A stretch of DNA of 64,000 nt from the NCBI GenBank assembly GCA_963798845.1, contig CAWCUS010000006.1, positions 640,001-704,000 of the forward strand. Reading direction: 5' to 3'. A program made the translations under genes and the position numbers. The stretch comes from an uncultured Gemmatimonadales bacterium (GTDB lineage: Bacteria > Gemmatimonadota > Gemmatimonadetes > Longimicrobiales > RSA9). The notes beneath the pieces were generated by a model. It was not told where the DNA came from. It saw nothing but the letters and a program-made list of their open reading frames with translations, and searched no databases. This document shows, one piece after another, positions 28,775 through 39,014 of this stretch (position 1 is its first letter; each line of letters starts with the position of its first letter).

Positions 28775-29071
28775 ATGTCACGAGCTTTCGTCAATGAAGA
28801 TGCGCCCGATCCGCCGCGTCGGTTCGCGCTCCCACCGGTACAGGACGCCGGCTACAATGCCGCGGCCGCGTTCGCGATGCTGGAGGCGGCGAGGGACGGG
28901 CAAACGAAGAGCGCGGAGGATGCGACCGGCTACCGCTGGGGCGCGGCCCAGCTGCGGCCGCACGTGCAGCGGCTGCTGGAGAAGGAGCGCGAGCGCCCGA
29001 TCGCGGAGCAGGACGGGCGGCTGATGACGGTGGCCAGGCGCTTCCTGCGCGCCAGTCACCGGGAGCCTTGA
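28775..29071 (+). CDS. Small hypothetical protein (N-terminus MSRAFVNED)
   Basis: Strong SD GGAGGAG; helical sequence; divergent from lon. Confidence 0.65.
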   Translation: MSRAFVNEDAPDPPRRFALPPVQDAGYNAAAAFAMLEAARDGQTKSAEDATGYRWGAAQLRPHVQRLLEKERERPIAEQDGRLMTVARRFLRASHREP

Positions 29072-29111
29072 CGGGCACGGGCGAGGACGTGCGCGTGACC
29101 GGAGCACGACC

Positions 29112-29564
29112 TTGGTGACGCGCGGAGTGGAAACGCCGCGGCTCTCCCGTCTCGGGCGGCAGGTCCTGTGGCTCCTCCTGATCCTCAGCTGGCTCGCGGC
29201 GGTGTGGTACATGTGGGACGCCATGACCACCGTGCCATCGCCGGAACGCCTGCAGCAGGAGCGGATGGTCTCCATCCCCTCCCCCCGGACGTTCATCACT
29301 GCGGTAGTGTTCAGCGCGATGGAGCTCGCGGTCGTACTCGCAGCCCTGTGGCCATGGTGGTCGTCGCTGTTCGCCACTCGCCTGGCCATCACGGACCTCG
29401 CGCTCGTGACGTGGTTCGTCATGACCACGCCCATGGACGTGAACCGGATGGACTGGGTGCACCGACGCTGGCTTGCGATGCTGGTCCTGACGATAGCGAC
29501 CGCCCTCGTCATCGTGCTGGTGTACCGCGCCGGTCGGCGGATCCTGCGGCGCAGATTCGACTGA
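29112..29564 (+). CDS. Hypothetical 4-TM membrane protein
   Basis: Four hydrophobic segments; GC-rich codon pattern. Confidence 0.65.
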   Translation: MVTRGVETPRLSRLGRQVLWLLLILSWLAAVWYMWDAMTTVPSPERLQQERMVSIPSPRTFITAVVFSAMELAVVLAALWPWWSSLFATRLAITDLALVTWFVMTTPMDVNRMDWVHRRWLAMLVLTIATALVIVLVYRAGRRILRRRFD

Positions 29565-29676
29565 GCGGCGATCGTTGGCCGCCGGGGGCCGCCTCGCAGC
29601 CGCGGATGGGCGCCGTTCGCGCTCCGGCCGGCCGCGGAGCTTCGTCCGTTCGGTCTGCAAGAGAGGGGGTCAGGCA

Positions 29677-30870
29677 GTGAATACTCGAGGCACAATCGGC
29701 ATCCTCACCGGCGGCGGCGACGTCCCGGGGCTGAACCCGGCGATCCGCGCCATCACGATCCGGGCGCTCCGGGAGAACTATCGGGTCCTCGGCATCCGAC
29801 GCGGGTGGGCCGGGCTGGTGGACCTGCTGCCGGAGAAGGAAGCCGACAACAGCGCCAGCGTACAGACCCTGACGGAAGACGTGGTAAACCGTGCCGGGCG
29901 TACGGGTGGCACGTTCCTGCATACTTCCCGAACGCGTCCGAGCCACCTCCCGCGAACGCTCGTGCCGGAGCACCTGCGGGCGGAGCTCACCGAGGAGGAG
30001 AACGACGCCACCCCGGTGGTCCTGCGCAACCTCGAGCGGCTCGGTGTGGACACCCTGATCGCCATCGGCGGCGACGACACGCTCAGCTACGCCCACCGGC
30101 TGCACCGAGAGGGCGTCCGGGTCGTGGCGATCCCGAAGACGATGGACAACGATGTGCCGGGAACCGACTACTGCATCGGCTTCAGCACGTGCGTGACCCG
30201 AACGATCGAGCTGACGCACCGGCTGCGCACGTCCGCCGGCTCCCACGAGCGCTTCCTCGTGATCGAGGTGTTCGGCCGGTACGCGGGATTCACGGCGCTC
30301 CTCCCGACCATGGCGGGCGCGGCGGACCGGTGCCTGATCCCCGAGCACCCGTTCGACATCGAGCAGCTCACGGAGCTGCTGGTGTACGACCGGAGCCGCC
30401 ACCCGTCCCGCTACTCGGTGGTGCTGGTGTCCGAGGGGGCGACGGTCCGGGGCGGTGTGATGCAGTTCGAGGGGCTGGAGGCCGACATGTTCGGGCACCG
30501 CAAGCTGGGCGGGATCGGCGACCTCGTCTCGGCCGAGCTGAAGGATCGCTCTGCGCGACACAACAACGGGCAGCGCGTGAACGTCGTGAACCAGCGCCTC
30601 GGCTACCTGGTGCGGAGCGGGGATCCCGACGCCGTGGACTCCATCGTCCCCATGGCGTTCGGCAACCTGGCGCTGGACCTGGTGCTGGCGGGGAAGTCGG
30701 GGCGGCTGGTGAGCATGCGGAACGGGGCCTACGACAACGTTCCGATCGACGTGGTCGTGGGCCGCAAGAAGGTGGTGGATGTGGACCGGCACTACAACAC
30801 GGAGCGACTCCGGCCCATCTACCAGGCGTTCAACCGGCAGCCGCTGTTCATCATGACCAGCGATGTTTGA
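29677..30870 (+). CDS. pfkA: 6-phosphofructokinase, probably PPi-dependent
   Basis: [51 protein letters not shown]. Confidence 0.9.
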   Translation: MNTRGTIGILTGGGDVPGLNPAIRAITIRALRENYRVLGIRRGWAGLVDLLPEKEADNSASVQTLTEDVVNRAGRTGGTFLHTSRTRPSHLPRTLVPEHLRAELTEEENDATPVVLRNLERLGVDTLIAIGGDDTLSYAHRLHREGVRVVAIPKTMDNDVPGTDYCIGFSTCVTRTIELTHRLRTSAGSHERFLVIEVFGRYAGFTALLPTMAGAADRCLIPEHPFDIEQLTELLVYDRSRHPSRYSVVLVSEGATVRGGVMQFEGLEADMFGHRKLGGIGDLVSAELKDRSARHNNGQRVNVVNQRLGYLVRSGDPDAVDSIVPMAFGNLALDLVLAGKSGRLVSMRNGAYDNVPIDVVVGRKKVVDVDRHYNTERLRPIYQAFNRQPLFIMTSDV

Positions 30871-30874
30871 CGGC

Positions 30875-31077
30875 GGGCTCGGCCTGCGGCCTCGCAGAGG
30901 GGCTCGGCCTGCGGCCTCGCAGAGGGGCTCGGCCTGCGGCCTCGCAGAGGGGCTCGGCCTTCGGCCTCGCAGAGGGGCTCGGGCCTTCGGCCTCGCAGAG
31001 GGGCTCGGCCTTCGGCCTCGCAGAGGGGGTCGGGGCTGCGGCCTCGCAGAGGGGGTCGGGCCTGCGGCCTCGCAGAG
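30875..31077 (+). repeat. Tandem array A: 8 units of 25-26 nt, GGGCTCGGCCT(G/T)CGGCCTCGCAGAG
   Basis: Units start at 30875, 30900, 30925, 30950, 30975, 31001, 31026, 31052; begins 4 nt after the pfk stop. Confidence 0.95.
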
Positions 31078-31181
31078 GGGGCGGACTTGCCGCGGGTGGG
31101 GGGGGCGGGCCATCCTGGCGGGGACTGGCATGTGGCGCGAGGATGAACGGGTCGGGGCGCAAACGAGCTGAGGCGGGTCCG

Positions 31182-32858
31182 ATGGCAACACGCACGGCAG
31201 AGAAGGCGAGGACGGTCCGGGCACCGCGGGGCACGGAGATCTCCTGCAAGAGCTGGCAGCAGGAGGCTGCGCTGCGGATGCTCATGAACAACCTGGATCC
31301 CGAGGTGGCGGAGCGTCCGGAGGACCTCGTCGTCTACGGTGGCACGGGGCGGGCTGCCCGGAGCTGGGAGGCGTTCGACGCCATAGTCGCGACGCTCCGC
31401 GACCTGGAGAACGACGAAACGCTTCTGGTCCAGTCCGGGAAGCCGGTGGGCGTCTTCCGCACGCACACGCACGCGCCCCGGGTACTGATTGCGAACGCGA
31501 ACCTGGTGGGACGGTGGGCCACGTGGGACCATTTCCGGGAGCTCGAGCGGAAGGGGCTCATCATGTTCGGCCAGATGACGGCGGGCTCGTGGATCTACAT
31601 CGGCACCCAGGGCATCCTCCAGGGCACGTACGAGACGTTCGGCGCGGTGGCGCGCCAGCACTTCGGCGGAACGCTGAAGGGGAAGTGGGTCCTGACGGGC
31701 GGCATGGGAGGGATGGGCGGGGCTCAGCCGCTCGCGGCGACCATGAACGACGGTTCGATCCTGGTGGTGGAGGTGGACCCGAAGCGTCTCGAGCGGCGTC
31801 TGGACACGGGCTACTGCGACCGTATGACCCACGACCTCGACGAAGCGCTCGAGTGGGTCACGGGGGCGGCGAAGCGCGGAGAGGCGCTGAGCGTGGGGCT
31901 GGTCGGGAACTGCGCTGAGGTGCTGCCCGAGATCGCGCGCCGGGGCATGGTCCCGGACGTGCTCACGGACCAGACCAGCGCCCACGACGAGCTGAACGGG
32001 TACGTCCCCGCCGGCCTCACCCTGGAGGAAGCCGACGCGCTCAGGGAGGCGGATCCCGAGGAGTACCGCCGCCGCGCCATGGGCAGCATGGCCACGCATT
32101 GTCGCGCGATGGTCGATATGATGGGACGCGGCTCGATCACGTTCGACTACGGCAACAACCTCCGCGGTCAGGCGAAGGATGCGGGCTACGAGGACGCCTT
32201 CGCCTTTCCCGGTTTCGTGCCGGCCTATGTGCGGCCGCTGTTCTGCGAGGGCAAGGGACCGTTCAGGTGGGCGGCGCTGTCGGGCGATCCCGCCGACATA
32301 TACCGGACGGACGACCTGGTCCTGGAGCTCTTCCCCGAGGACGAGCACCTGGCGCGCTGGATCCGCAAGGCCCGCGAAAGGGTCCGCTTCCAGGGGCTGC
32401 CGAGTCGGATCTGCTGGCTGGGTCTCGGTGAGCGGGCCCGGTTCGGCGTCGCCATCAACGACCTCGTGGCTAGCGGAGAGCTCAAGGCACCGATCGTGAT
32501 CGGGCGCGACCACCTGGACACGGGGTCCGTGGCCAGCCCGTTCCGGGAAACGGAGGCCATGAAGGACGGGACCGATGCCGTGGCCGACTGGCCGATCCTG
32601 AACGCACTCCTCAACACGGCGAGTGGCGCGACCTGGGTCAGCTTCCATCACGGCGGCGGCGTCGGCATCGGCAACGCCCTGCACGCGGGCCAGGTCATCG
32701 TCGCCGACGGCACCCCGGAGATGCGGATCCGGCTGGAGCGGGTGCTGACGAACGATCCCGCCATCGGCGTGGCGCGCCACGCGGACGCGGGCTATGAAGA
32801 AGCCCTCGCCACGGCGCGTCGCCAGGGCGTCCGGCTCCCGATGCAGGAGCGGGCCTGA
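31182..32858 (+). CDS. hutU: Urocanate hydratase
   Basis: [58 protein letters not shown]. Confidence 0.97.
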   Translation: MATRTAEKARTVRAPRGTEISCKSWQQEAALRMLMNNLDPEVAERPEDLVVYGGTGRAARSWEAFDAIVATLRDLENDETLLVQSGKPVGVFRTHTHAPRVLIANANLVGRWATWDHFRELERKGLIMFGQMTAGSWIYIGTQGILQGTYETFGAVARQHFGGTLKGKWVLTGGMGGMGGAQPLAATMNDGSILVVEVDPKRLERRLDTGYCDRMTHDLDEALEWVTGAAKRGEALSVGLVGNCAEVLPEIARRGMVPDVLTDQTSAHDELNGYVPAGLTLEEADALREADPEEYRRRAMGSMATHCRAMVDMMGRGSITFDYGNNLRGQAKDAGYEDAFAFPGFVPAYVRPLFCEGKGPFRWAALSGDPADIYRTDDLVLELFPEDEHLARWIRKARERVRFQGLPSRICWLGLGERARFGVAINDLVASGELKAPIVIGRDHLDTGSVASPFRETEAMKDGTDAVADWPILNALLNTASGATWVSFHHGGGVGIGNALHAGQVIVADGTPEMRIRLERVLTNDPAIGVARHADAGYEEALATARRQGVRLPMQERA

Positions 32859-32952
32859 CGGCGTGACCACCTGGAAGTGACCGGGTCTGTGGCCGACCGC
32901 CTGGGGCGGCGCCGGCGCGACCGGAACTCGAGAACGGACGAAGAGGAATCGC

Positions 32953-33618
32953 ATGCGGAACGACGGATACGAACAGGACCTGCTGGTCCGGCTGCAGCAG
33001 CCGGGTGAGCCCGAGACGCAGCCGCCCGACGAGGAGGGAGAGGAGGAAAGTCGGCGTCCGACGGCGAGCCGCTGGACGGACAGCATCCGGAACAGGCTGT
33101 TTCGCGCCCGCACGCTGATCATCAGCGGAGAAGTGACGCAGAAGCTGGCCGCGGAGGTGATGGGCCAGCTCCTGGCCCTGGACGCGGACTCGGAAGAGCC
33201 GATCACGGTGTTCATCAACTCGCAGGGCGGGCACGTGGAATCCGGCGACACGATCCACGACGTGATCCGCTTCATCCGCTCCCCGGTGCGCATGGTCGGG
33301 ACCGGGTGGGTGGCGAGCGCGGGCGCGCTCATCTTCGTGGCCGTCGCCAGGGAGCGGCGATTCTCGCTGCCGAACACGCGATTCCTCCTGCACCAGCCAG
33401 CGGGTGGCGCTCGCGGCACCGCGGCGGACGTGGAGATCGAGGCGAAGGAGATCCTGAAGATGCGAGAGCGTCTCAATCGCGTCTTCGCCGAGCAGACCGG
33501 GCAGCCGCTGGAACGGATCGTGGACGACACCCACCGCAACTTCTGGCTGAGCGCCGATGAGGCGGTGGAGTACGGTCTCGTTGGCAAGGTCATCGATCAC
33601 ATCAGCGAGATCGAGTAG
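32953..33618 (+). CDS. clpP: ATP-dependent Clp protease proteolytic subunit
   Basis: FINSQGG, GWVASAG (Ser), LHQP (His), DTHRNFWLSADEAVEYGL. Confidence 0.9.
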   Translation: MRNDGYEQDLLVRLQQPGEPETQPPDEEGEEESRRPTASRWTDSIRNRLFRARTLIISGEVTQKLAAEVMGQLLALDADSEEPITVFINSQGGHVESGDTIHDVIRFIRSPVRMVGTGWVASAGALIFVAVARERRFSLPNTRFLLHQPAGGARGTAADVEIEAKEILKMRERLNRVFAEQTGQPLERIVDDTHRNFWLSADEAVEYGLVGKVIDHISEIE

Positions 33619-33753
33619 CGGCGGGGCCGAAACCCTGCCGCCTCACCGCCGCGTAGTGCACCGGGTGGGCGGATGCGACACAACCTTCCGGGCCGTCAAG
33701 CTATCGAAGCGTCCGGACGCCCGTACCTGTGCCCCGAACGTGGAGTGAGACCA

Positions 33754-34809
33754 ATGACAGGGAGTCGAACGCTTCTCGCGCTGGCGCCCGTGATCGTCCT
33801 CGCCTTCGCTGTCCCCGCGCGGACCGTGGGGCAGGAGCGTTACGAGGTGAGCGGAGCCCACGTCGCGATCTTCAATCTCGCCGGCGAGGTCCAGGTCGGG
33901 AGCACCGCGGGGTCGGCGGTGAGCGTCAATGTGACGCGCGGTGGAGGTGACGCGGGTCGGCTCGAGATCCAGACCGGCGAAGTGGGGGGGCGCGCGACGC
34001 TGCGCGTTCACTATCCGTCCGACCGCATCCACTACGATCCGCAGGGCTGGAACGGAAATACCACGCTTCGAGTGCGTTCCGATGGGACCTGGGGCGAGCA
34101 TGAGACGCGGGGTGGTGACCGGGTTCGGATCTCCAGCCGTGGCGGTGGGCTCGACGCGCACGCGGACCTCCGCATTGGCGTCCCGCGCGGGCAGCGAGTG
34201 GACATCTACCTCGCCGTGGGCCACATCACGGCCGAGAACGTCGACGGCGAGATCAGGCTGGACACGTCGGCAGGCGCCGTGGAGGCGGGTACCATGTCCG
34301 GCAGCCTCGTGATCGACACCGGGTCGGGGAGCGTCCAGGTGGACGGGATGGCCGGAAACCTCGACGTGGACACGGGGTCGGGCAGCGTGCGGGTGAGCGA
34401 AGTCACGGCGGACGCGCTCCGTATCGACACCGGCTCGGGCAGCGTCAGCGCCCGCGACGTGGCCGCCGGATCGGTCGATCTCGACACCGGCTCCGGCGGC
34501 ATCACCTTGCTCAATGCGACGGCGTCGGACGTGAGGCTCGACACCGGGAGCGGGTCCATCGAGGCCGAGCTGACCAAGGACGTGGACCGGCTGGTGGTGG
34601 ACACGGGGTCGGGCGGCGTGACGCTGCGGCTGGCTGAGGAGCTCGGGGCGCGGCTCCACGTGGAGACGGGGAGCGGAGGGATCGACGTCGACTTCCCCCT
34701 GACGGTCACGCACCGGGCGAGGGATGAGCTGGACGGCACCATCGGCGACGGCAACGGCTCGATCGACATCGACACCGGGTCGGGATCGGTGCGGATCCGC
34801 CGGCTGTGA
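33754..34809 (+). CDS. DUF4097 / adhesin-like beta-solenoid secreted protein
   Basis: Signal peptide; about 9 (I/V/L)DTGSG-type repeats. Confidence 0.85.
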   Translation: MTGSRTLLALAPVIVLAFAVPARTVGQERYEVSGAHVAIFNLAGEVQVGSTAGSAVSVNVTRGGGDAGRLEIQTGEVGGRATLRVHYPSDRIHYDPQGWNGNTTLRVRSDGTWGEHETRGGDRVRISSRGGGLDAHADLRIGVPRGQRVDIYLAVGHITAENVDGEIRLDTSAGAVEAGTMSGSLVIDTGSGSVQVDGMAGNLDVDTGSGSVRVSEVTADALRIDTGSGSVSARDVAAGSVDLDTGSGGITLLNATASDVRLDTGSGSIEAELTKDVDRLVVDTGSGGVTLRLAEELGARLHVETGSGGIDVDFPLTVTHRARDELDGTIGDGNGSIDIDTGSGSVRIRRL

Positions 34810-34828
34810 TGCGCCGCGGCGAAGCGCC

Positions 34829-35686
34829 GTGAGCGGGAGCCGGGCGCGGCGCCATGCACCCGTCGCCGCCTTCCTGTGCGCGGCCGCGGCGTGCGGCACG
34901 GGCCACGAGACAACGCCCTCGCCCTACGTCCTCGCGTACGCCGCGCCCCAGGAGGGCGCGCTCACGTATGCGTTCGAGGACAGCACGACATTCTCCATCG
35001 ATACGGGGGAGATGGGCGCCATGGAGCCCGTCGCGACCCTGGCGGGGACGGCCGAGCTGGTGCTCGGGGGAGACACGTCCGGCCTCATCGCGAGCCTCCG
35101 ATTCCCGCGTCTCCGGGGCAGCTTCGATAACCCCGGACAGGGGACCCGGCTGGTGACCGGGCAGGACGTACGCGGCGCGTTCCGACTCGCGGTCAGCCGG
35201 CGCGGTGGGGTGACCGTGATCGACTCTCCTTCCCTCACGGCTGCGTTCAACGACGTTTCCGGACCGGAGACTTTGCCGCGCCTGTTCTTCGTCTCCCTCC
35301 CCGGCCGACCGGTAACCCCCGGGGATCGGTGGGTGGACACGGTCGTGGTCCGGGAGGGGGCGTCCGGGACGACGTCGGAGATCCGCCGGGAGGTGGAGAC
35401 CACGTTCGTGGGGGACACGGTGGCGGGCGGCCGTCCCCTGCTGCGCCTGGGCACGCGCTCCCGGATGGAGGTGGACATCACTGGCACGTCCGGCGGTGTC
35501 GAGATCCGGGAGCGGCTGACCGGCGTGATCTCCGGCGCTGCGCTCTGGGATCGTGATAGGGCTTTGCTCGTGGAGCGGACGGAGGATGGGCACCTTCACG
35601 GGACTCTCGAGATCCGGACGCCGGGCGCCCCGCCCCTGCCCGTCACAGCGAGGGTCCATCGCCTCGTGCGGCTCCTCCCGGAGTGA
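34829..35686 (+). CDS. Hypothetical beta-rich lipoprotein
   Basis: Lipobox-like AAAACG; coding-like codon usage. Confidence 0.6.
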   Translation: MSGSRARRHAPVAAFLCAAAACGTGHETTPSPYVLAYAAPQEGALTYAFEDSTTFSIDTGEMGAMEPVATLAGTAELVLGGDTSGLIASLRFPRLRGSFDNPGQGTRLVTGQDVRGAFRLAVSRRGGVTVIDSPSLTAAFNDVSGPETLPRLFFVSLPGRPVTPGDRWVDTVVVREGASGTTSEIRREVETTFVGDTVAGGRPLLRLGTRSRMEVDITGTSGGVEIRERLTGVISGAALWDRDRALLVERTEDGHLHGTLEIRTPGAPPLPVTARVHRLVRLLPE

Positions 35687-35872
35687 CGTCCAGGGCGCCG
35701 CTGGCCCACTCCTCGCGTCCGGCGCATCGCCAGGCCCGCTCTCCGGCTGCGAACACGCTGCGAACACACAGGAAATCCGGGCCGAGAGGGGAACTCCCCA
35801 CCCGTCATCGGGTAGCTCCCCGGCCGGTGAGTCGCCGCGGGAGCGGGCGCGTGCCTCGTCGAAGGAAGGCGG

Positions 35873-36724
35873 ATGGACGGCTTCAAGATCGGACGGTTGT
35901 TCGGAATCGACCTGCGCGTGCACGCGTCCTGGTTCATCATCGCCGCGCTGGTGACCTGGACGCTCTACGCCAGCGCGCTGCCGATGGATTTCCCGCGAAT
36001 GGCCGATCCCGAGCGGCTGGCCATGGCTGCCGGCATCATGCTGCTCTTCTTCGCGTCGCTGCTGGCGCACGAGATGGCGCATTCGCTGGTGGCGCTCCGG
36101 CGAGGGATCCCCGTCCGCCGAATCACGTTCTTTCTGTTCGGCGGAATGGCGCAGACGGAGCGCGACAGTCGCACGCCCGGGGAGGAGTTCCTGATCGCGA
36201 TCGCGGGGCCGGCGGCCAGCTTCGCGCTGGCCGCGGCGTTCTTCGGGAGCTGGCTGGCGGGTGCGCGCTGGGGGTGGCCGGCGCCGCTGCTGGGGGCGGC
36301 CGGCTACATGGCCGCGCTGAACCTGGTGCTCGGCACGTTCAATCTCATTCCGGGCTTCCCAATGGACGGCGGCCGAGTGTTGCGCGCGGCGATCTGGAAG
36401 GCAACGGGAAACGTGACGCTGGCCACTCGCTGGGCGTCCCGGGTAGGCGTCTGGCTGTCGATGGCGCTCGTCGCCTACGGCGTGTGGGAGGTTTTCCGGG
36501 GCCAGGTCATGAGCGGCATGTGGATGGTCCTGATCGCGCTCTTCGTTCGAAACGCCGCGAAGACAAGCTATCGCCAGCACGTGCTCGGCCGCCTCGATGA
36601 CTTCATGCGCGGAGGCGGCTCGGGCGGACTCCAGTTCCGCGTAGGGCGGCCGGACCGACCGGACATCGCGCCGGCCGGGCTGACGGGGCGGGACGTGACG
36701 GCGCTCGGCCACAACGAGGCGTGA
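35873..36724 (+). CDS. Site-2 protease (peptidase M50)
   Basis: LAHEMAH, FLFGG, IAIAGP, FNLIPGFPMDGG; no CBS domains evident. Confidence 0.9.
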   Translation: MDGFKIGRLFGIDLRVHASWFIIAALVTWTLYASALPMDFPRMADPERLAMAAGIMLLFFASLLAHEMAHSLVALRRGIPVRRITFFLFGGMAQTERDSRTPGEEFLIAIAGPAASFALAAAFFGSWLAGARWGWPAPLLGAAGYMAALNLVLGTFNLIPGFPMDGGRVLRAAIWKATGNVTLATRWASRVGVWLSMALVAYGVWEVFRGQVMSGMWMVLIALFVRNAAKTSYRQHVLGRLDDFMRGGGSGGLQFRVGRPDRPDIAPAGLTGRDVTALGHNEA

Positions 36725-37530
36725 TGTTCGAGATCCCGCAGGACAATCTCCCCGAAGGCTTCGCTGAGACGGTGGACCGCCCCCCTTCAAAGCCGGCAAC
36801 CCCGCGTCCTGCCGCGACCATCGTCCTCCTGCGCGACGGGGCCGAGGGCCTCGAAGCGCTCCTCCTGCAGCGCCACCGCAGCAGCAGGTTCGTGCCGGGG
36901 GCGTGGGTGTTTCCCGGCGGGCGGGTGGACCCGGCGGACAGTGGCCCTCCCCTGTACGAGCGCATCGGGGGCCTGACCACCCGGATGACGCCGGAGGCGC
37001 CGTTCTGGGTCGCCGCGCTGCGCGAAGCCTTCGAAGAGACGGGCGTGCTGCTCGCGCGACACGTCGACGGGACGTGGGCCGCGGATGCTGCCTCGGACCG
37101 TCGGGTGGAAGCGCTGCGGCACGGACTGATGGATGGCAGCACCACTCTTCTCGACGTGCTCGAAGAGCTGGATCTCGCCCTCGACGCGGCGGGCATGGTC
37201 CACATCGCGCACTGGATCACCCCCGTGGTCGAGCCACGTCGCTACGACACGCATTTCTTCGCCGCCGCCCTTCCTGACGGGAAGGAGGCGCGGCCGGATC
37301 CGCGCGAGATGACGGAAGCCGCGTGGCACACGCCGCGGCAGGCGCTCTCGCGCTTCCACGCCCGCGAGCTGCCAATGGTGTTTCCGACTGTGAAGACGCT
37401 GGAAGCGCTGACCGGCTACACGTCGGTGGAGCACGCGCTGGCCGCGCTGCGCGGCATCGAGATCCCCCGCATCCTGCCCCGGCTGGTTCGCACGGCCACG
37501 GGAGTGGGCATCGTTCTGGACCGAATCTGA
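36724..37530 (+). CDS. NUDIX hydrolase (NUDT19-like)
   Basis: PRPAAT, VFPGGRVD, ALREAFEETG, HWITP...RRYDTHFF, MVFPT. Confidence 0.85.
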   Translation: MFEIPQDNLPEGFAETVDRPPSKPATPRPAATIVLLRDGAEGLEALLLQRHRSSRFVPGAWVFPGGRVDPADSGPPLYERIGGLTTRMTPEAPFWVAALREAFEETGVLLARHVDGTWAADAASDRRVEALRHGLMDGSTTLLDVLEELDLALDAAGMVHIAHWITPVVEPRRYDTHFFAAALPDGKEARPDPREMTEAAWHTPRQALSRFHARELPMVFPTVKTLEALTGYTSVEHALAALRGIEIPRILPRLVRTATGVGIVLDRI

Positions 37531-37547
37531 CCGAAGCAAGGGAGCGA

Positions 37548-39008
37548 ATGTCCCGACCTATCACGCTCGGCGCGCTCAAGGACTCCGGCTACGAGGGGAA
37601 GCGCGTCAAGGACGAGATGCGCGAAAACCTGCTGCGCAAGCTGGCGGCGGGGGACCCGCTGTTCCCTGGAATCCTGGGGTACGAGGACACGGTGGAGCCG
37701 CAGATCGTCAACGCGGTCCTGGCCCGCCAGAACTTCATCCTCCTGGGGCTGCGGGGCCAGGCGAAGAGCCGGATCGTGAGGCAGCTGGCATCTCTCCTGG
37801 ACGAAGAGATACCGATCATAGCGGGGAGCGAAGTCAACGACGACCCGCTCGCGCCGGTGTCGAAGTACGGTCGCCAGATGGTGGAGCAGCACGGCGAAGA
37901 CATGCCGGTGGAGTGGATCGGTCGCGACGCCCGCTACATCGAGAAGCTGGCCACGCCCGACGTCACGATCGCTGACATCATCGGCGATCTGGACCCCATC
38001 CGTGCAGCGCGCGGAGGCCATGTGCTGGCGGACGAGCTGACGATCCACTTCGGGCTCCTGCCCCGGGCCAACCGCGGGATCTTCGCGGTGAACGAGCTGC
38101 CGGACCTGGCCGGACGCATCCAGGTGGGGCTGTTCAACATCATGCAGGAGGGGGACGTCCAGATCAAAGGATACCCCGTCCGCCTGCCCCTGGACGTGCT
38201 CCTCGTTTTCACCGCCAACCCGGAGGATTACACAGCCCGCGGCAAGATCATCACTCCGTTGAAGGACCGGATCGGTGCCGAGGTGATGACCCACTACCCC
38301 GAGGACGTGGAAGCCGGCATGGAGATCACGCGTCAGGAGGCGTGGCTCGACCGTGGTGGGAAGCCCGTGCAGGTCCCGGCGTTCGTGGCCGAGGTCGTGG
38401 AGCGGGTGGCGTTCCTGGCGCGCACGGACAAGCGCATCGACCAGCGGAGCGGCGTCAGCCAGCGCATGCCCATCACCGTCCTCGAGAACGCGGTGAGCAA
38501 CGCCGAGCTGCGGGCGGTGCTGCTGGGAGAGGACCGGGTCACGCCGCGCGTCAGCGACGTGCACGCCGCGCTTCCGGCGATCACCGGGAAGATGGAGCTG
38601 GAATACGAGGGCGAGCTGCAGGGCGCGCCGCGGATCGCGCGTGAGCTCGTCTCCCAGGCGGCGCTGGAGACCTTCGAGTCGCGGCGCCGGCTCCCGGTCG
38701 AGGAGGAGCTGGACGAGATCGTCGACCACTTCGACCGCGGGGGCGTGGTCCAGCTGGCGGACACGGCAAAGGACGACGCCCTCCTGGAAGGGTTGCGCGG
38801 CGTGCCTTCGCTCATGGACGTGGTGGACGGGCTGGAGATCGGGAGCGGCGACGGGCCCGGGCTGCGGGCGGCGGCGGCCGAGCTGGTGCTGGAAGCGCTC
38901 GTCGCGCAGAAGCGGATCAGCCGCAGCGACGCCGGACGCTACACGCGCGGGTCCCGTCGACCGAAGGGCGGCGCCGGACCGCAGTTCCCGGGCACGCTGG
39001 AGATCTGA
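37548..39008 (+). CDS. Magnesium-chelatase/MoxR-like AAA+ ATPase
   Basis: LLGLRGQAKS, EKLATPD, RANRGIFAVNELPDL, TANPEDYTARGKIITPLKDR. Confidence 0.85.
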   Translation: MSRPITLGALKDSGYEGKRVKDEMRENLLRKLAAGDPLFPGILGYEDTVEPQIVNAVLARQNFILLGLRGQAKSRIVRQLASLLDEEIPIIAGSEVNDDPLAPVSKYGRQMVEQHGEDMPVEWIGRDARYIEKLATPDVTIADIIGDLDPIRAARGGHVLADELTIHFGLLPRANRGIFAVNELPDLAGRIQVGLFNIMQEGDVQIKGYPVRLPLDVLLVFTANPEDYTARGKIITPLKDRIGAEVMTHYPEDVEAGMEITRQEAWLDRGGKPVQVPAFVAEVVERVAFLARTDKRIDQRSGVSQRMPITVLENAVSNAELRAVLLGEDRVTPRVSDVHAALPAITGKMELEYEGELQGAPRIARELVSQAALETFESRRRLPVEEELDEIVDHFDRGGVVQLADTAKDDALLEGLRGVPSLMDVVDGLEIGSGDGPGLRAAAAELVLEALVAQKRISRSDAGRYTRGSRRPKGGAGPQFPGTLEI

Positions 39009-39014
39009 CCGGGA

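Noticed and set aside
29805..31181. 1017-aa ORF extending hutU upstream through pfk and the repeat
   Set aside because: It is an off-frame overlap with pfk in GC-rich DNA; HutU homology starts at the ATG at 31182
34250..34800. DNA repeats gacacsggstcgggc
   Set aside because: Explained by DTGSG protein repeats of the DUF4097 beta-solenoid
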